Below, piece by piece: positions 13,215-26,084 of a stretch of 64,000 bases of DNA. Below the pieces are notes generated by a model. That model saw only the letters and a program-made list of their open reading frames with translations, had not been told where the DNA came from and ran no database searches. This DNA is from Lama glama (Eukaryota), in the NCBI GenBank assembly GCA_028534125.1, contig CM052818.1:9674001-9738000 (forward strand), read 5' to 3'. Positions within the stretch are counted from its first letter, which is position 1. Each line of letters opens with the position of its first letter. The translations under genes were made by a program, and so were the position numbers.

Positions 13215-15460
13215 AACAAATTATTTCACTACAAAGAAAATCAATTAGGAATGCAAGAATGGTTCAATACCAGAAAATCAATGTTATTCACTATATTACT
13301 ATTATTAAAAGTAAAAAATCAAAAGACCATAAAGCAAATGCAGATTTAAATTATCGATAAAAGGGACATTCTTTTGATAAAAACTAACTAGCATAAAACT
13401 TACAGCAAACATCATATTGAATAGAGCAACTTTAGACTCTGAAGTAGAAATAAGATAAAAATGCCTGCTACCACAGCTACCGTTAAATACAGACTGGCAA
13501 CCTGGCCAAAACAATAAAAAGGAAAGAAAGGTATAGGGACTAAAAAGGAAGAACTAAAACTCATTAGTTGCATTTGCATTTACTTAGACAACCAAAGAGA
13601 ATCAATTATTTTAGAATAAGCATTCATCAAAGTTACAAATACAAGATCAACATACCAAGTCCGACATACTTCTCTGTACCAGAAATAATATCATTTTCAA
13701 CGGCTACAAAAAGTATGAAGTATATAGGAATTAGTCAACAAACAAACAAAACCCAATAAATACATGATGTCCTGAATAAATGGAGAGAAATGATGTTCAC
13801 AAATGTGATGATCCGACCTTGTAACAATGTCAGTTCTAAATTAATCCGCAAATTCAATGCAATTCCAATAAAAATCTCAGCAGCTTATTTTTGGGAACTT
13901 GATAAACTGATACTAAAATGTAAACACAAGAATAAAAATCTACAAACAGCTAAGGTAATTTTAACAAAGGAGGACAAACAGATTCACTTATCAGATATTA
14001 AAACATACTATAAAGTTATATCGAGACAGTGCTGTACTGGGAAAGGAATTGACATATATCAATAAATAGAACAGAGAGTACCAGTTTCATGTTTATGGGA
14101 ACTTGGTATGTAATGAAATGGGGAAAATATGGATTTAGTAGATGGTACCAGAAGTAATTACTATAGTCCTTCTCTGCTTACCCAGCAAACATTCACACTC
14201 ACATGACTCAAAAGGATATAACTTGGCACCAAGGTCACTTAGCTTGGCTAAAGGGTACAGCACAGTAAACATAGCCTATAGAGAGCATCCTCCTTAGGTA
14301 AGCCTTATATGCCATAGGAACCACTATGTTGTAAAAATCCCTTGAAGGTGGGTTCCAGGTCTCTGCAAGGAGAAACAAGCTTGGTTACCAGTTGTACCTT
14401 ACTCAGAGAAATCTCAAAGCCTGTGTTTTCTACAATAAAAAAAATGTTGCTGGATAAACAGCTGGCATTCCATATTTATCTTAACCCAGTAGATTTCCAA
14501 GGAAATAGTGCTAAGGAGAAAGTAAATCCAAGAACATTTTCCTCTTGAGAGAAGTGGTGTTGTCAATAACCCTTTCCCCTCAATGATTAGCTGGAGAAAA
14601 AGTTGGATTCATACCTCATACTATATCCAAAAATAAATTCTAATTAAAATAAATGTAACTGGTAAAACTATAGCATGGATAGAACAAGACCTAAAAAATA
14701 CAAACAATTGGGGGCAAAATTAAAATTTCTATTCCATGGAAGACACCAAAGACAAGAAGTAATAAATATCAAGTCCAAGTTATTTCCAACATCTGAGCCT
14801 AAAAAGGAAACATTATCTAGAATATACAAAGAACTTCTTGTACAATAATCAGCAAGAAAGAGAAAAACCTAATAGAAAAAAATGGGCAAACTATAAGTAT
14901 AGGCAATCCACAGAATGGAAACCAGAATGACTAAAAAGCATATGCTTAGCTTATTAGTAATCAGATAATGCAATTAAGACAAAATACAATTTCACACATA
15001 TCAGATTAATAAAAATAAGAGAATATGTGCTGCTGAAAACAGAAAATGAAATCCTCATGTTTTGCTGGTGCAAGTGTAAACTGGTACAACCACTCCTGAG
15101 AACAATCCAGCATTACTTACTAAAATTAAATATGCATATACTCAAAACTCCAGCCATTCTACACTAGGACGTATATACCAAAGAAACTTCAGGGCAGGGT
15201 CACAGGAAGACACGTAGAAGTGGGAAGGTCTGGAAATAACCTAAATATCTATGACTAGAGGAAGATGAGCTATGGTATGTGAATGCAATAGAATAATATA
15301 AGTCAGTCAAAAGCATGTTATATACAGTAACATGAATAGGTCTTAAAAACCTAATATTTTATGAAGGCTAGAAGCAAAATGATATTTACACCATAATATC
15401 ATTTATGTGAAATTGAGAAGTTATACAAAATAGATGTTATTACATAGTTTTTCAAAGAAA
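13215..15460 (+). mobile_element. Old, fragmented L1 (ORF2 to 3' UTR)
   Basis: ORF 13790-14065 (FNAIPIKISAAYFWELDKLILK...LSDIKTYYK) is L1 ORF2-like, with further L1 motifs to about 15400. Interrupted at about 14165-14580 by unassigned sequence. Confidence 0.75.
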
Positions 15461-18353
15461 TATATTAAAAACTTGGAAGATGGCTTGGAAGGATAAACAT
15501 TAAATATGAGAGAGTGGGGACGATGGAATTGCAGGTAGGTGATGAAGAAAAACTATTAAGGTACAATGAAGCAGGACAAAAATGTAGCCTTTCTAGACCA
15601 AAGATACTGATGTCGTTAATAAAGAATATAATCAATGACCTACTCAATTCTGAGCACCTGAGATCCTTAAAATAAAAATGTATTTTATATGAACACAGAA
15701 ACAGTTAAGACTTAGATTACTTGTTATTTCTTTAAATGTGAAAAACTATTCACAGGGCATAATATAGGAAGTATCCTACAGGATTTGTGAGTTAGCTGTC
15801 TTTAAAACAAACAGTTCATTCTCTCACATAAGACAGGCCAAATAAAAAACATATAATATGAAAGGATACTTCAAGACAATGCTTAAAATACAAAATTTCA
15901 TGTGTTGAATAAATATTCCACTGTGTTTCTCTAGGCTGTTCTAGTATGCAGCAAAATAATTTAAAATTACGTTTTTGGACAAAGTTATAAGTGAATGGAT
16001 TTTAATTTTTAATATGCATGAATCTGAAATTCTAGACTGATATACTCTGTGACATTTTAACAGGGTGTAAGAAGTTTAAATACACATGGAAAAATTTAGA
16101 ATATATATACTGCCATAATCTCTTAGTTTTGATTGTGTTTTATATTTTTTAAAAAGCACTCTCATCAGAGGCAGATGTAGCAGCTATCTCCAATGTTATC
16201 AATGAAGAAGCTGAAAAATAAGTGAGTTAAATCTTACAGTACGTAGTGGTGTCCAGACTAGAATCTAGGTCTTCCCAAACCTAGATCTGAGGTCTTATTT
16301 TTATTTTACTCACCTTCTAGATAATTTTTATATAAATGTAAACCTAATATTTTCTTTAAATCACAAGGAAATAGAACAGACGCACTGGTTTGCAGTAGTT
16401 AATACACACAATGGTATGTAAAAAAATACAGAGACTTTTATATTAATTGCAATCCTGAAAAAAAGAGTTAACAGTTTGTCTTCAAAAAATGTCAAACAGG
16501 TTTAATATATTTTTATTTGCCCAGTAAAAGTAACTTCACAACGTATTAAAAATTTTAACTGCATTTAATATTTGTTTTTCCACTGAAGAAAGCACAAGGG
16601 ACAGCAGTATTCAAGTAAATGTATAATTGTGACACGACAAACTAAATCAAGTACCTAAATAAAATGTTAAAACATGAAAGTTTAGTTCTCTTACCTTTTC
16701 CTTTCTACACTGATAAACTAAAATCAGAAAATAATTTTAAATAAAACCTGTTTTCTTGTTGCAACTTGTGATTTATATTATTTAACTGAAAATGTTTTAG
16801 TTTCAGTTAGTAATTTCTGTTAAGTAGCAGTCCTTAAATAAGTTCCTAAAAATAACAATGGCGCCTTAAACATTATATTTAATCTCATCTAAAAAAATTA
16901 TACTAAAACTGTCATGATAAAAAAGGTTACAAAATTTCTCTGCTTATTGTAGTCCTAAATTCCTTTTCTAGAATTTTAACAGAAAAGGAATTTTCAGACA
17001 CAAATAGTTAACAATCAGATAATGTACACTATAATTATTAATCAAAAAATAAACACCCTAAGAGAAGTGAAATTGTTGTCTTTCTGTGCTATATGGTTTT
17101 CCTTATACATTTTAATAGCACAAATAGGATCCTAAAGACCCACCTTATCTAATCTAAATAGCACCTACTCAGCATTTCACCTCTACTTCACTTCTAGCAT
17201 TCACTTTAGATGTCTCAACGCCAAATCTGTTTTATCAAAAATGTGTTTCAAGAACAAAATTTCCATAAATTAAGCTCTAACAAAACAAAAAACTTCTAAC
17301 TGTAGAAAACAAATGGAAAATAATATAAAAGTAACCTAATCTTGAAGACTCAAAGAACTGGGTGTTAGAAAAATATACCTACAATAAACAAATTTAACAA
17401 TTTTATTACTTTTTTTTCTGCACAGGGTCAACATTTGTTACTTTAAATATGTTATTATATTGTCTCAAAAGAGAGGTTCCTAAGACTTCAGTAAAATTCT
17501 ATGTTGATTATTTGGTTCCTGTATGCTTTAGTCTAAACTGTTCTAGAAGTACTTATTTGTTGAACATAAAGTCTAAGAAGAAAGGTAAAAATACTAAATC
17601 AAAATCTTTATCAAATAATTCCAAGTTTTCAATGTATCTGTAAATGTGTTCTTGTACATCTATTTCATGATAGTATTATTTTGTAGTATGATCACAGCAA
17701 GTGTATGAATTTTCTAATTTTGTGGGGAAATATTCTGTGTACAGAAATTTAACTTCATTTTAAATCATGATTAAACAAAAAGCAAGTCAAATAGCATTAT
17801 TATATTCTAAATGGCAATTCAGCATTTATAGTCTAAGTAGTAAAAACCAAACTGTAAAGAAATGTTGTACCCTAATGTGACACATTTTCAATGTTTAAAG
17901 TACAGCCTGAATATGGAATTTTAAAAAATTACACTAGGTAGTTAGAAGCAGAGAATCTATGAAAAGACTTAAAATCACTACTGCCAGGATTGAGTGCAAG
18001 CTCAAAGGATTTGAGTCTTGGCTGGAGGAAAACTAAGTAAATCTTTCATATACATATTCTGATTCATCCAGGGTGCAAACTAGTCATTCTGTAAAGGGAT
18101 AAAAAGTTATACGATCGTCTGAAGAAATTGACATAATCTGTAAGATAAATTTCAGCCTTTTAATTAGTAGGGAAAACTATTAGGCTAAATATCGCCCTAG
18201 AACCATTTCCTTCACAATGCTTCTAGTGACCTTTTCAAGGTAAATTTTTAAAAATACAATTAAAAGATAATAGTATCAATTGTCAGTGGGTGAAAACATA
18301 TTACTACTGCCTAAAGCAAACCCAACACTGGACATAATACACATCAGAAAATT

Positions 18354-18359
18354 TTTATT
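18354..18359 (-). terminator. PEX13: Candidate proximal poly(A) signal of PEX13
   Basis: AATAAA on the minus strand about 460 nt after the stop, followed by GU-rich tgtgtattatgtccagtgttgggtttgcttt. Confidence 0.5.
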
Positions 18360-18815
18360 ATTCAGTTTAATTAAAGTTGTTTAAAAAAATTAGCCTTTTT
18401 GCCTGTTCTCATATTTATATGTTGTCACTCAATTTCTGAGGATTCCAAGTCAATTTATCTAGAACTTCAAAATGCATCAATGATCCTCACTATAGTAAAC
18501 TGTGTATTTTACAATTCATCAACAGTTACTCTTCCAATAAACATAGGGTTTCAAATAAGATGAAAATAATAGAACTCTCCATAACCTTAAAATCTAGGTG
18601 AAACAAACATTCTATGGTCCAATAACTTGTAAAATGTAACCAGGTCACTAGAGCAACATACTTGTGTACAACTTTAATTAAACTTCTAGCAGCAAAACCT
18701 CCAGAATAGCCATTAAGAAATGTTCTCACTGGATTGTAGATTAATTTCTTTGTAAGAAGTAATCCTAAAAAAGTACTCCAAAGAATAGTTCAACTGCAGG
18801 CAAGCATGAAAGATA

Positions 18816-19114
18816 TTAAAGATCTTGTTTATCTCCATTTTTCCCAGCGGAATCAGTTGGAACTGGAACCTTAATAGATTCAATAAAAACAGATTCAAAG
18901 GCAGCTTCCTGTTCATCCAAAGAATCAGCAGCTGTGGCTCCTTTAATTAGTGTCTTGTTGGTGAAAGACTGTTGCTGCTTGGAAATTTTACTGGATTCCA
19001 TTGTTTTTCTACCTCTTCTTTTACCAAGAATTTTGACATAATTAGCAGGTATAAGTCCTGTTGTTTGACCATCGAGACTAGCCAGAAGCCAACCACGCAC
19101 TCTGGGTTGCTGTT
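18816..19114 (-). CDS. PEX13: PEX13 exon 4 (C-terminal half of SH3 domain to stop)
   Basis: (E)QQPRVRGWLLASLDGQTTGLIPANYVKILGKR...KNGDKQDL*. Acceptor cag| at 19117-19115, 299 nt. Confidence 0.97.
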
Positions 19115-20321
19115 CTGATAGAAGAAAAGACAGCCTTGTAATTATAATATACTTTGAGGGTCCAACAAAATATTGATAGTAAAATATTAAGTAAAATCTG
19201 TTATATTTACATAATAAAATACATAAATAGTATACATGAATATTCAAAATCAAGATCCTTAATTCTAGGATCCTATCTTGTAATTTATACTTTTAATTTT
19301 CATACTTACTAAATATTTTTTTCAACCCTAAAGAACATAAAGTTATCATCAGCTGGTGCATTCACTGAGTATAAAGATTCAGTTCTCCCAACATCAGTGA
19401 TGAAATTTCATCATCAATGAAAATTAAGCATCAATGTCTTTCATATTTTAAATTGAAATTTAAAGAATGAATATCTCATTACATCTCAATAAGGTAAGTT
19501 AAGAGTAAATATAGAAAGTGAACATATACATTTATGTAAGCCAGCTTTCCTTACATACTTTTGGCCAAAATGTAAAAATCATTCTACATGATTGTGATGT
19601 ACAATCCTGAAGAACAGTGAATGTTAATTTTAATCCAAGATGGGGAAAAACTGAAGACCTCAATTACCTATAGCCACATGACAAAAAAAAAAAAAAAATC
19701 AAAGGCAATACTCCAAGCTTAAAATAGGAAAGATTATTTAAATATTCAATTTTGTATTTTGGTATTCTCCCGCCTATTTTATCCATGTCTTAAAAAAAAA
19801 AAGCTGTTTAACTGTTAAGAGTTTTAGTTCAACATTATAATTTAAGCCCAATAGGACATTTTCATGTTTAATATATAATAAAAGGAAAAAAAAGGTAAAT
19901 TTAACCATGTCTGTGACTGATTTTGTTCTAAATGCTCAAACGTATTTTACTTGAGCAATGGTAGAAAGCAAAGATGCAAAGCCAAAATATTAAAAAGCAA
20001 AATTTGATGAATAATCTGAAATGTGAAATTTTCTGTAATATAATGTAGTTGAAAGAAATCACAATCTTCTTTATTCTTTATTTAGATTAATGAAAACTAC
20101 AGATTATATGTGTTGTTCCTCTAACAACAAATCTTAAAAAAAATTCTTTTGAAATCCAAAATAGTAAGTTGCTATTTTCACTAAAGAAAAACATGGAATA
20201 TAATATCCAGCAGCCTAGAATTCTTCTGAATTTACATTTTATTAAATTTTTTTCTTGGAAGCCCAGGTTTCGTGTGTGAGGGGACGAGGCAGAAATTTAG
20301 CAAGTCTGATCTGAAATTTTC

Positions 20322-20476
20322 TTTTCTTTTTTCTTTTGAGTAAAGGTAGATTTATTCAGAGATACATTGAAAGGCAAGAGAAAGGCCACGAGGTGTGGGG
20401 GTTGGGTGCTCAGATTAAAAGTAGGTACACATTTCCATGAATGTGGGCCGTCTCCAAAGAGGGAGAGAGAGAGGGG
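20322..20476 (-). mobile_element. 155-bp poly(A)-tailed retrocopy resembling an LTR 3' end, with 15-bp target-site duplication
   Basis: Flanked by TGATCTG(A/T)AATTTTC at 20307-20321 and 20477-20491. On the minus strand, AATAAA (20356-20351) is followed 13 nt later by an A-rich tail (20337-20322). Confidence 0.75.
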
Positions 20477-20599
20477 TGATCTGTAATTTTCAATTATTTA
20501 CACATTAAACTAATGATCTGAACACTGAAGGTATTTTCTTCCCTTATGTGAAGAATGACTAACATCAGTAAAAGGTTAAAGTTTTCATTAATATATCAC

Positions 20600-20860
20600 A
20601 TGGCAAAGAGCCAAAGTGGTTAAAAGTACAAGTTCTAAAGTCAGACAAACCTAGGTGCATAGTCCAGCTCCACCACATCTTATATGATACTGGACAATTC
20701 ACTCATTTCTGAGTCTCAGTTTCCTCATGTGTAAAACAGAGACAGGATAATAACCGTACTCATTTCACAGCATTATTACAAGGGTTAAAAGAAGTATGTG
20801 AAGTACAGTGTCTGGTACATATCAAATACTCTATAAATGACAGCTGCTATTATTGTTACT
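20600..20860 (+). mobile_element. MIR SINE
   Basis: MIR core: tctgagtctcagtttcctcatgtgtaaaacag...gtgtctggtacat. Confidence 0.75.
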
Positions 20861-21539
20861 AGTATCTTGACCAACAAGATGTGACTTTTAATAGCAAATT
20901 TGAATCCCTACAAACACACAAAAAATCTCTTTTTAAAATAAAAATTCTGATCATCATTACTGGGGAAATGTGAAGGAAAAGGCCATTGTGTCTGGAGTCA
21001 TTACAAACTACTAGTGACCTGGTCTGAAAGTTAACCTGAGAATGTGTATAAATTTCTTGTTGAGGTTCTTTAATATTTCATGACAGTAATTCCTAAATAT
21101 TCATGTTGGATACTAAAGTAAACATCATTCAAGTAAAAAGAAAGCAAATACCAGTTCCAGCAATAAAAGATGGATAGGGATGCTTAGATGATGCTAGACA
21201 ATTACTTAAGTTTATTAGATTTATTACACGTGGTGCTTATCTCATGTTTTTGGGTAGTGGTTAACTGAGTTTGGAATTCAAGTGTTCTCAGTTTAGAATA
21301 GACTATATAAACAAAATCTTTCCTTATCTCAGTGAAATATTATTGGAACAACTCTGCTGGGACATTTTTCTCCCACTCCCCCAGATTTGGAAAGTCTACA
21401 TTGACATGAAAGAGAAATCCTAGTGACTACTTCTGAGTTAACTTTTATGGTGACTAAGATCCTTTAATGCAGTTTTTACTACTACATTTACACATTCTAA
21501 AAATGTACAGGTAATTCCAATTTATTCATGTTTTGTTAC

Positions 21540-21665
21540 CTTTTAGAGCTAAGTTTAGCATATCACCAGCGCGGAAAGAAATTTCTTCTTCAGATACAGC
21601 AACAAAATCATATTCTGCTCTAGCAACTACATGGTCATCCTCACCACTTGCCCAGCTGGTATTCT
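21540..21665 (-). CDS. PEX13: PEX13 exon 3 (N-terminal half of SH3 domain)
   Basis: (E)NTSWASGEDDHVVARAEYDFVAVSEEEISFRAGDMLNLALK. Acceptor tag| at 21668-21666, donor |gtaaca at 21539, 126 nt. Absent from the ORF track. Confidence 0.96.
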
Positions 21666-21880
21666 CTATAAACCAAATTAAGAATTAAGATTAGGTTAGT
21701 CAAACTCAAAAAAAAAAAAAAGATATTTTACTGGCTAGTTTGCAAACTGTATAAACTTACTTGCCAAGAGAAGAGACTCCCCTCTTGAAGTAAAGTCTAC
21801 AGTTAACAATATGTTCATTAAGATATCTATTATGAACTTTTTCCTTTTCTTTAAACTCTAAATTCTAGGTCCCTTAAAGA

Positions 21881-24223
21881 CAGGGGTTAGCAATTTTTTT
21901 GGTAAAGTAAAAATTTTTTTTTGATATTAAATATTTAAGGCTTTGCAGGACATAATGGCAAAACTGAACATTTGTGTAGTTTCTTATATAACATTAGAGG
22001 AAATTTTTTCCATAAATTTTTTGAAAAATTCAAAAAATAATAACTACTGAGCTTTTTTTTGTAACATAGGTCTTTGCAGAAAGGAATTTTTTGAGGTAGG
22101 ATATTTCTTATTAATTGGGGTTCAAAGGCAGTGTTTCTATCATCAATATCAATTGCAAAAATTCATCTGTTAATGCTAATTTGTAATGAAATTTGAGGTA
22201 TTTAATTTTGAAAATGTTTTTTGACAGAAGTACTGCCAAATCCTGATACCAATCCATTAAACATGTGGTTTTAATTGAGCATATTCATCCAAAGAAGATG
22301 AACAGAGTAGAATTGTTAAATTCTTTTGATATTTACCTTTTAACATGTCATTACATTAGAAATTAATCACTTCCAAATGAAGATTAAACGGAAGCTCTCA
22401 ATGGCAGTTAAATGGATTTTGAAATACGGGCATTTTCTTTGCACTTGCACGGAGATTCTAAAACCTTTCTGCATTGTAGTTTGAGCTTGAAAAGTACATC
22501 TGCTGCAAATTTACGTGAGAATGGAAATCTTGCTTCTTGTTTTAAGTCCTGACGGCCTGGGGACGTATAAAGCAGTGTGACATTACTTGTGATTCGAACA
22601 ATATTAGCTGTCGTCAAAAAGCTTTATACTCCAATGTAAGTTTTACATATAAGTGTTATTTTGTTTTATAGTTTCTGGTTGAATTCATTAAGAACATCAC
22701 CAAGTCTGCAGCAAAAGCTGACTTCCAAAGCCACTAAGTGTTTACTAAGAGAGGCTGACGGTACTTGTTTTTCAGAAAAATTTCAGTCTTGGCTTTGATC
22801 TCAGAAAAACAGTAATAAAACTTAACTAGTGACTGCTCAGCCATCTAACAGCTGTACAGGAGGGCAAGTCAGGATCTTCAGCTTCTACTTCTGACAAAAA
22901 TTCACAGAACTGAAAACACTTATGTCCACAAGGGTGACTGAAGTTCACCTATGACACTACATGATAAATTCAAATATTTTCTGCAGTGTACTAGCTGATT
23001 AATAGTACAATGAATAACCATAGGCTTTAAAAACTTTTTACTTTTTAAAATCAGTAAAATTTTGTCCAACTAAGCTCTTTTCTGTTCCACCATTTTTACA
23101 ACCGTCAGTCACAACACATCTTTGCAGATTTAATTAACTTCATATTATGTTGGTTTAGTGAGTTTGTGTTTTTTCAACTTCTTGAAAATATTCTCATCTG
23201 TAGTTGTTCCATGCAGACTATTCACAGAGGCTAAATCTTCAGGCACTTCAAATTCAACACTGACTCCTCCAATAAACCAGTGAGCAGTATCAATAATACC
23301 TATTGGGTCATCATGAGCCAAGTAAATCCGTTTGAAATCATTTGCCTTGTTTTTAACTGACTACTAATGTTGTTTCAAATACTCTTCAAGAAACTTGCTA
23401 AAAGGTTAATGGTCTTAAACAAGTTTACTTTCCCTAGATGTATTTCCTTGGCAGTTGGTAAACAGATTTCCTTGCTAATCTGACAAATGAGCCTCTCAGT
23501 AAAATTTATTTTGGTTGCAGGCTTTTTTTCTCTTCTTTTGCTCCTTTTTTTTCCTTTTGGGTGAAGAAATATGCTACACTGCATATGCTATGATGAGATA
23601 TTCCATTTTAAATTTTCTGATTTCTCTGACTGTTGTTCCTGTGAGTTGGCAATACTGTGATGAGTGCTCAGTCTGGTAATGTTGATGTATATTGTATCCA
23701 TTTAATATAGCTATGTTGTCACTGTATAATAAATTCAATGTTTTACCATCCAATTCAATAACAACATAATCCAGACAATACTGTGCCTGGAAACTGTGAC
23801 ATTCAAAAATCCACTTTACTCTTCTTTTCTTGCATGGTATGTATGCAGTCATAGTAAAAATACATATACTGGAATATGACAATACATGTGGCACTCAATA
23901 AGCTGTCAGGTTATGTTAGTGAGATTTGCAGTGAGTGGAACAAGTGTAAAGCAGTAAGAGTGCCAGCGCAGATAGGGTCTCTGTTGCAAACTGCTCAACT
24001 CTGCTCTTTTACATGAATGAGTGTGGCTGTGGTCTAATAAAACTTTACTAATGGACATAGATATTTTAATTACATATAATTTTCACATGTCACAAGTAGT
24101 ATTCTTTTTGGGTTTTTTCCCAACTATGTATTGAAAATTGTAAAAACCATTTTGAGCTTGTGGGATGTACAAAAACAGGAGCAAGCCAGACCTGGCTGAC
24201 ATGCCATATTTTGCTGAGTCCTG
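21881..24223 (-). mobile_element. Near full-length hAT-Charlie DNA transposon fossil (Cheshire/MER58-like), transposase decayed
   Basis: Imperfect terminal inverted repeats caggggttagcaa (21881) and ttgctgagtcctg (24211-24223). Minus-strand ORF fragments 23574-23894 (KKRRV...DYVVIELDGK...YNIHQHYQTEH) and 23375-23584 (KVNLFKTINL) resemble Charlie/GTF2IRD2-type transposase. Confidence 0.8.
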
Positions 24224-24289
24224 TCCCAAGCAGCAAAGAAGTCATAGGGCTTAAGCTTCCTCAGTTTCGCTTTTCCTCAAAAATCTCTT

Positions 24290-25845
24290 AATATCATTAT
24301 CCACTTCTCCCCCTTTTGCCTCAAGATAAAAAATTGCCCCTCCTTTTTAACCTGCCTTGGATCATATTTTCTCCTACATCTTATAGGTCTCTTCATCTTT
24401 TTGACTCCTGTTTCTCCCTCTTCTACAATCACTCCTTCTCTATAGACTTCTTTCTTTCAGCCTAAAAACATGCCCAGATCTCACTTCATAAAAGACAAAG
24501 TAAAACAAAAAACTGAAAACCACATCAACTTGTTCTTACCCAAGTAGGCTATTCATTTTCTCCTTTCTATCATTGATTGCTAATATTTTCTTTTTAACAC
24601 ATCTTCTGACTTTATATACCCTTTATCCTCCTCCATAGTTGCTGTCTCCTCCACTTTACTAAAATTACTTGCTGGAGCTAATGACCTCCAATTGCCGAGT
24701 CTGATCATCTTTTTCAGGTCTTCATCTTATCTTATTATAGCACCTGACACCATGCATCATTCTTCTTCCCCTTCTTGAAATGTCCTCCCTCACCTCCACT
24801 TCTGTAACATAGGATTAACATAGTTCTACTTTCGCTCTTCCTGGTTTCTTAGTTCCTCTTCTTTTCTATCACTGTAATCTCATCCACTTACATTACTTCA
24901 ACTATCACTTCTACGTGGATGACTCTTAAATCTTTCATTTTTCATCTCTTTTCTAAGATCCTTTCCTGCCTTTTAAACTGCTTTCTGTAACTTCCTCAAG
25001 TTCCACTTGAATGTCCCACTGACATGCCAAATTCATTTTAGCTCTAACCAAACTGATGATAATCATTCACAGATCAGTTGTTCCAGGTGATTTGTCTGTA
25101 TTTATTTTATTGACTTGACCCTCAAATACATATCCAGAATGTGACCCCACCTTAGAACCTGCATCATTGCCATCCAAAGCCAACCAACCATCACTTCCCA
25201 CTTGAATTACTACAACGGCCCCTTGATTCTCCACATTGGTCTCTTCAACCCTAGCTTTGTGTAAAAACCACTCTCAGCAAAAAATTTTTCTTTTAAAACC
25301 TAGGTCAGATCATATCATTCCTTTGTTCAAAACTCTGTCGTGGCTTCCCATTTCGGAATAAAGGCCAAAGTTCTTACAAATGTCTACAAGGCTTATACCA
25401 TCTACACACTGTACTCGTCCTTCCTTCACCTCTTGGTATTCTGACTTTGCTCCATTCACCCTGGCCTCCTTGCTGTTCACGTGACATGTCAGGCACACTG
25501 CCACTTAAATGCCTGTGCAGTTTTGCTGCTTCTGTCTCAGACACTTCCCTCAAATAGCTTCCTCCCTTTATTTCCTTTGGGGAGGCCTTCCCTGACTGTG
25601 TGTAGCTCTGCAACCCCACTTCCTACCACTAGCACTCTACAACACTCTTCCCTGTTTTTTCCACCCACTATGGCACTTACTACCTTCTGACTTACTATAT
25701 AGTATGACCTGTTTATTGCTGTCTCTCCCCACTAGTCACAAGGGTGGGAATTTTTTAAAAATCTGTTTTCTTCACTGCTATATCCCTAGATCCTAGAACT
25801 GTGTTTGGCAATGTAGTAGGCATTCAACAAATATTTACTAAGTTA
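24290..25845 (+). mobile_element. L2 LINE fragment including 3' end
   Basis: C/T-rich L2 body ending in gtagtaggcattcaacaaatatttact. Boundaries approximate. Confidence 0.75.
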
Positions 25846-26084
25846 ACATTATTCAGACTGTGTCCAACTTAAGCTGGAGTGGGTCCAATTGGAGGCCACA
25901 GGTAAATAAAATTTTGTTTTAAGGTTGAACAAGTAGATTAACCTTACCAAAGATTATCCTGAATTACAGTGGCCACAGTGGACAACTTTTTGTTTTTGAA
26001 GTATAGTTGATTTACAATGTTGTATTAGTTTCAAAGTGATTCCTCTTTAGATTCTTTTCCATTATAGGTTACTACAAGATGAGA

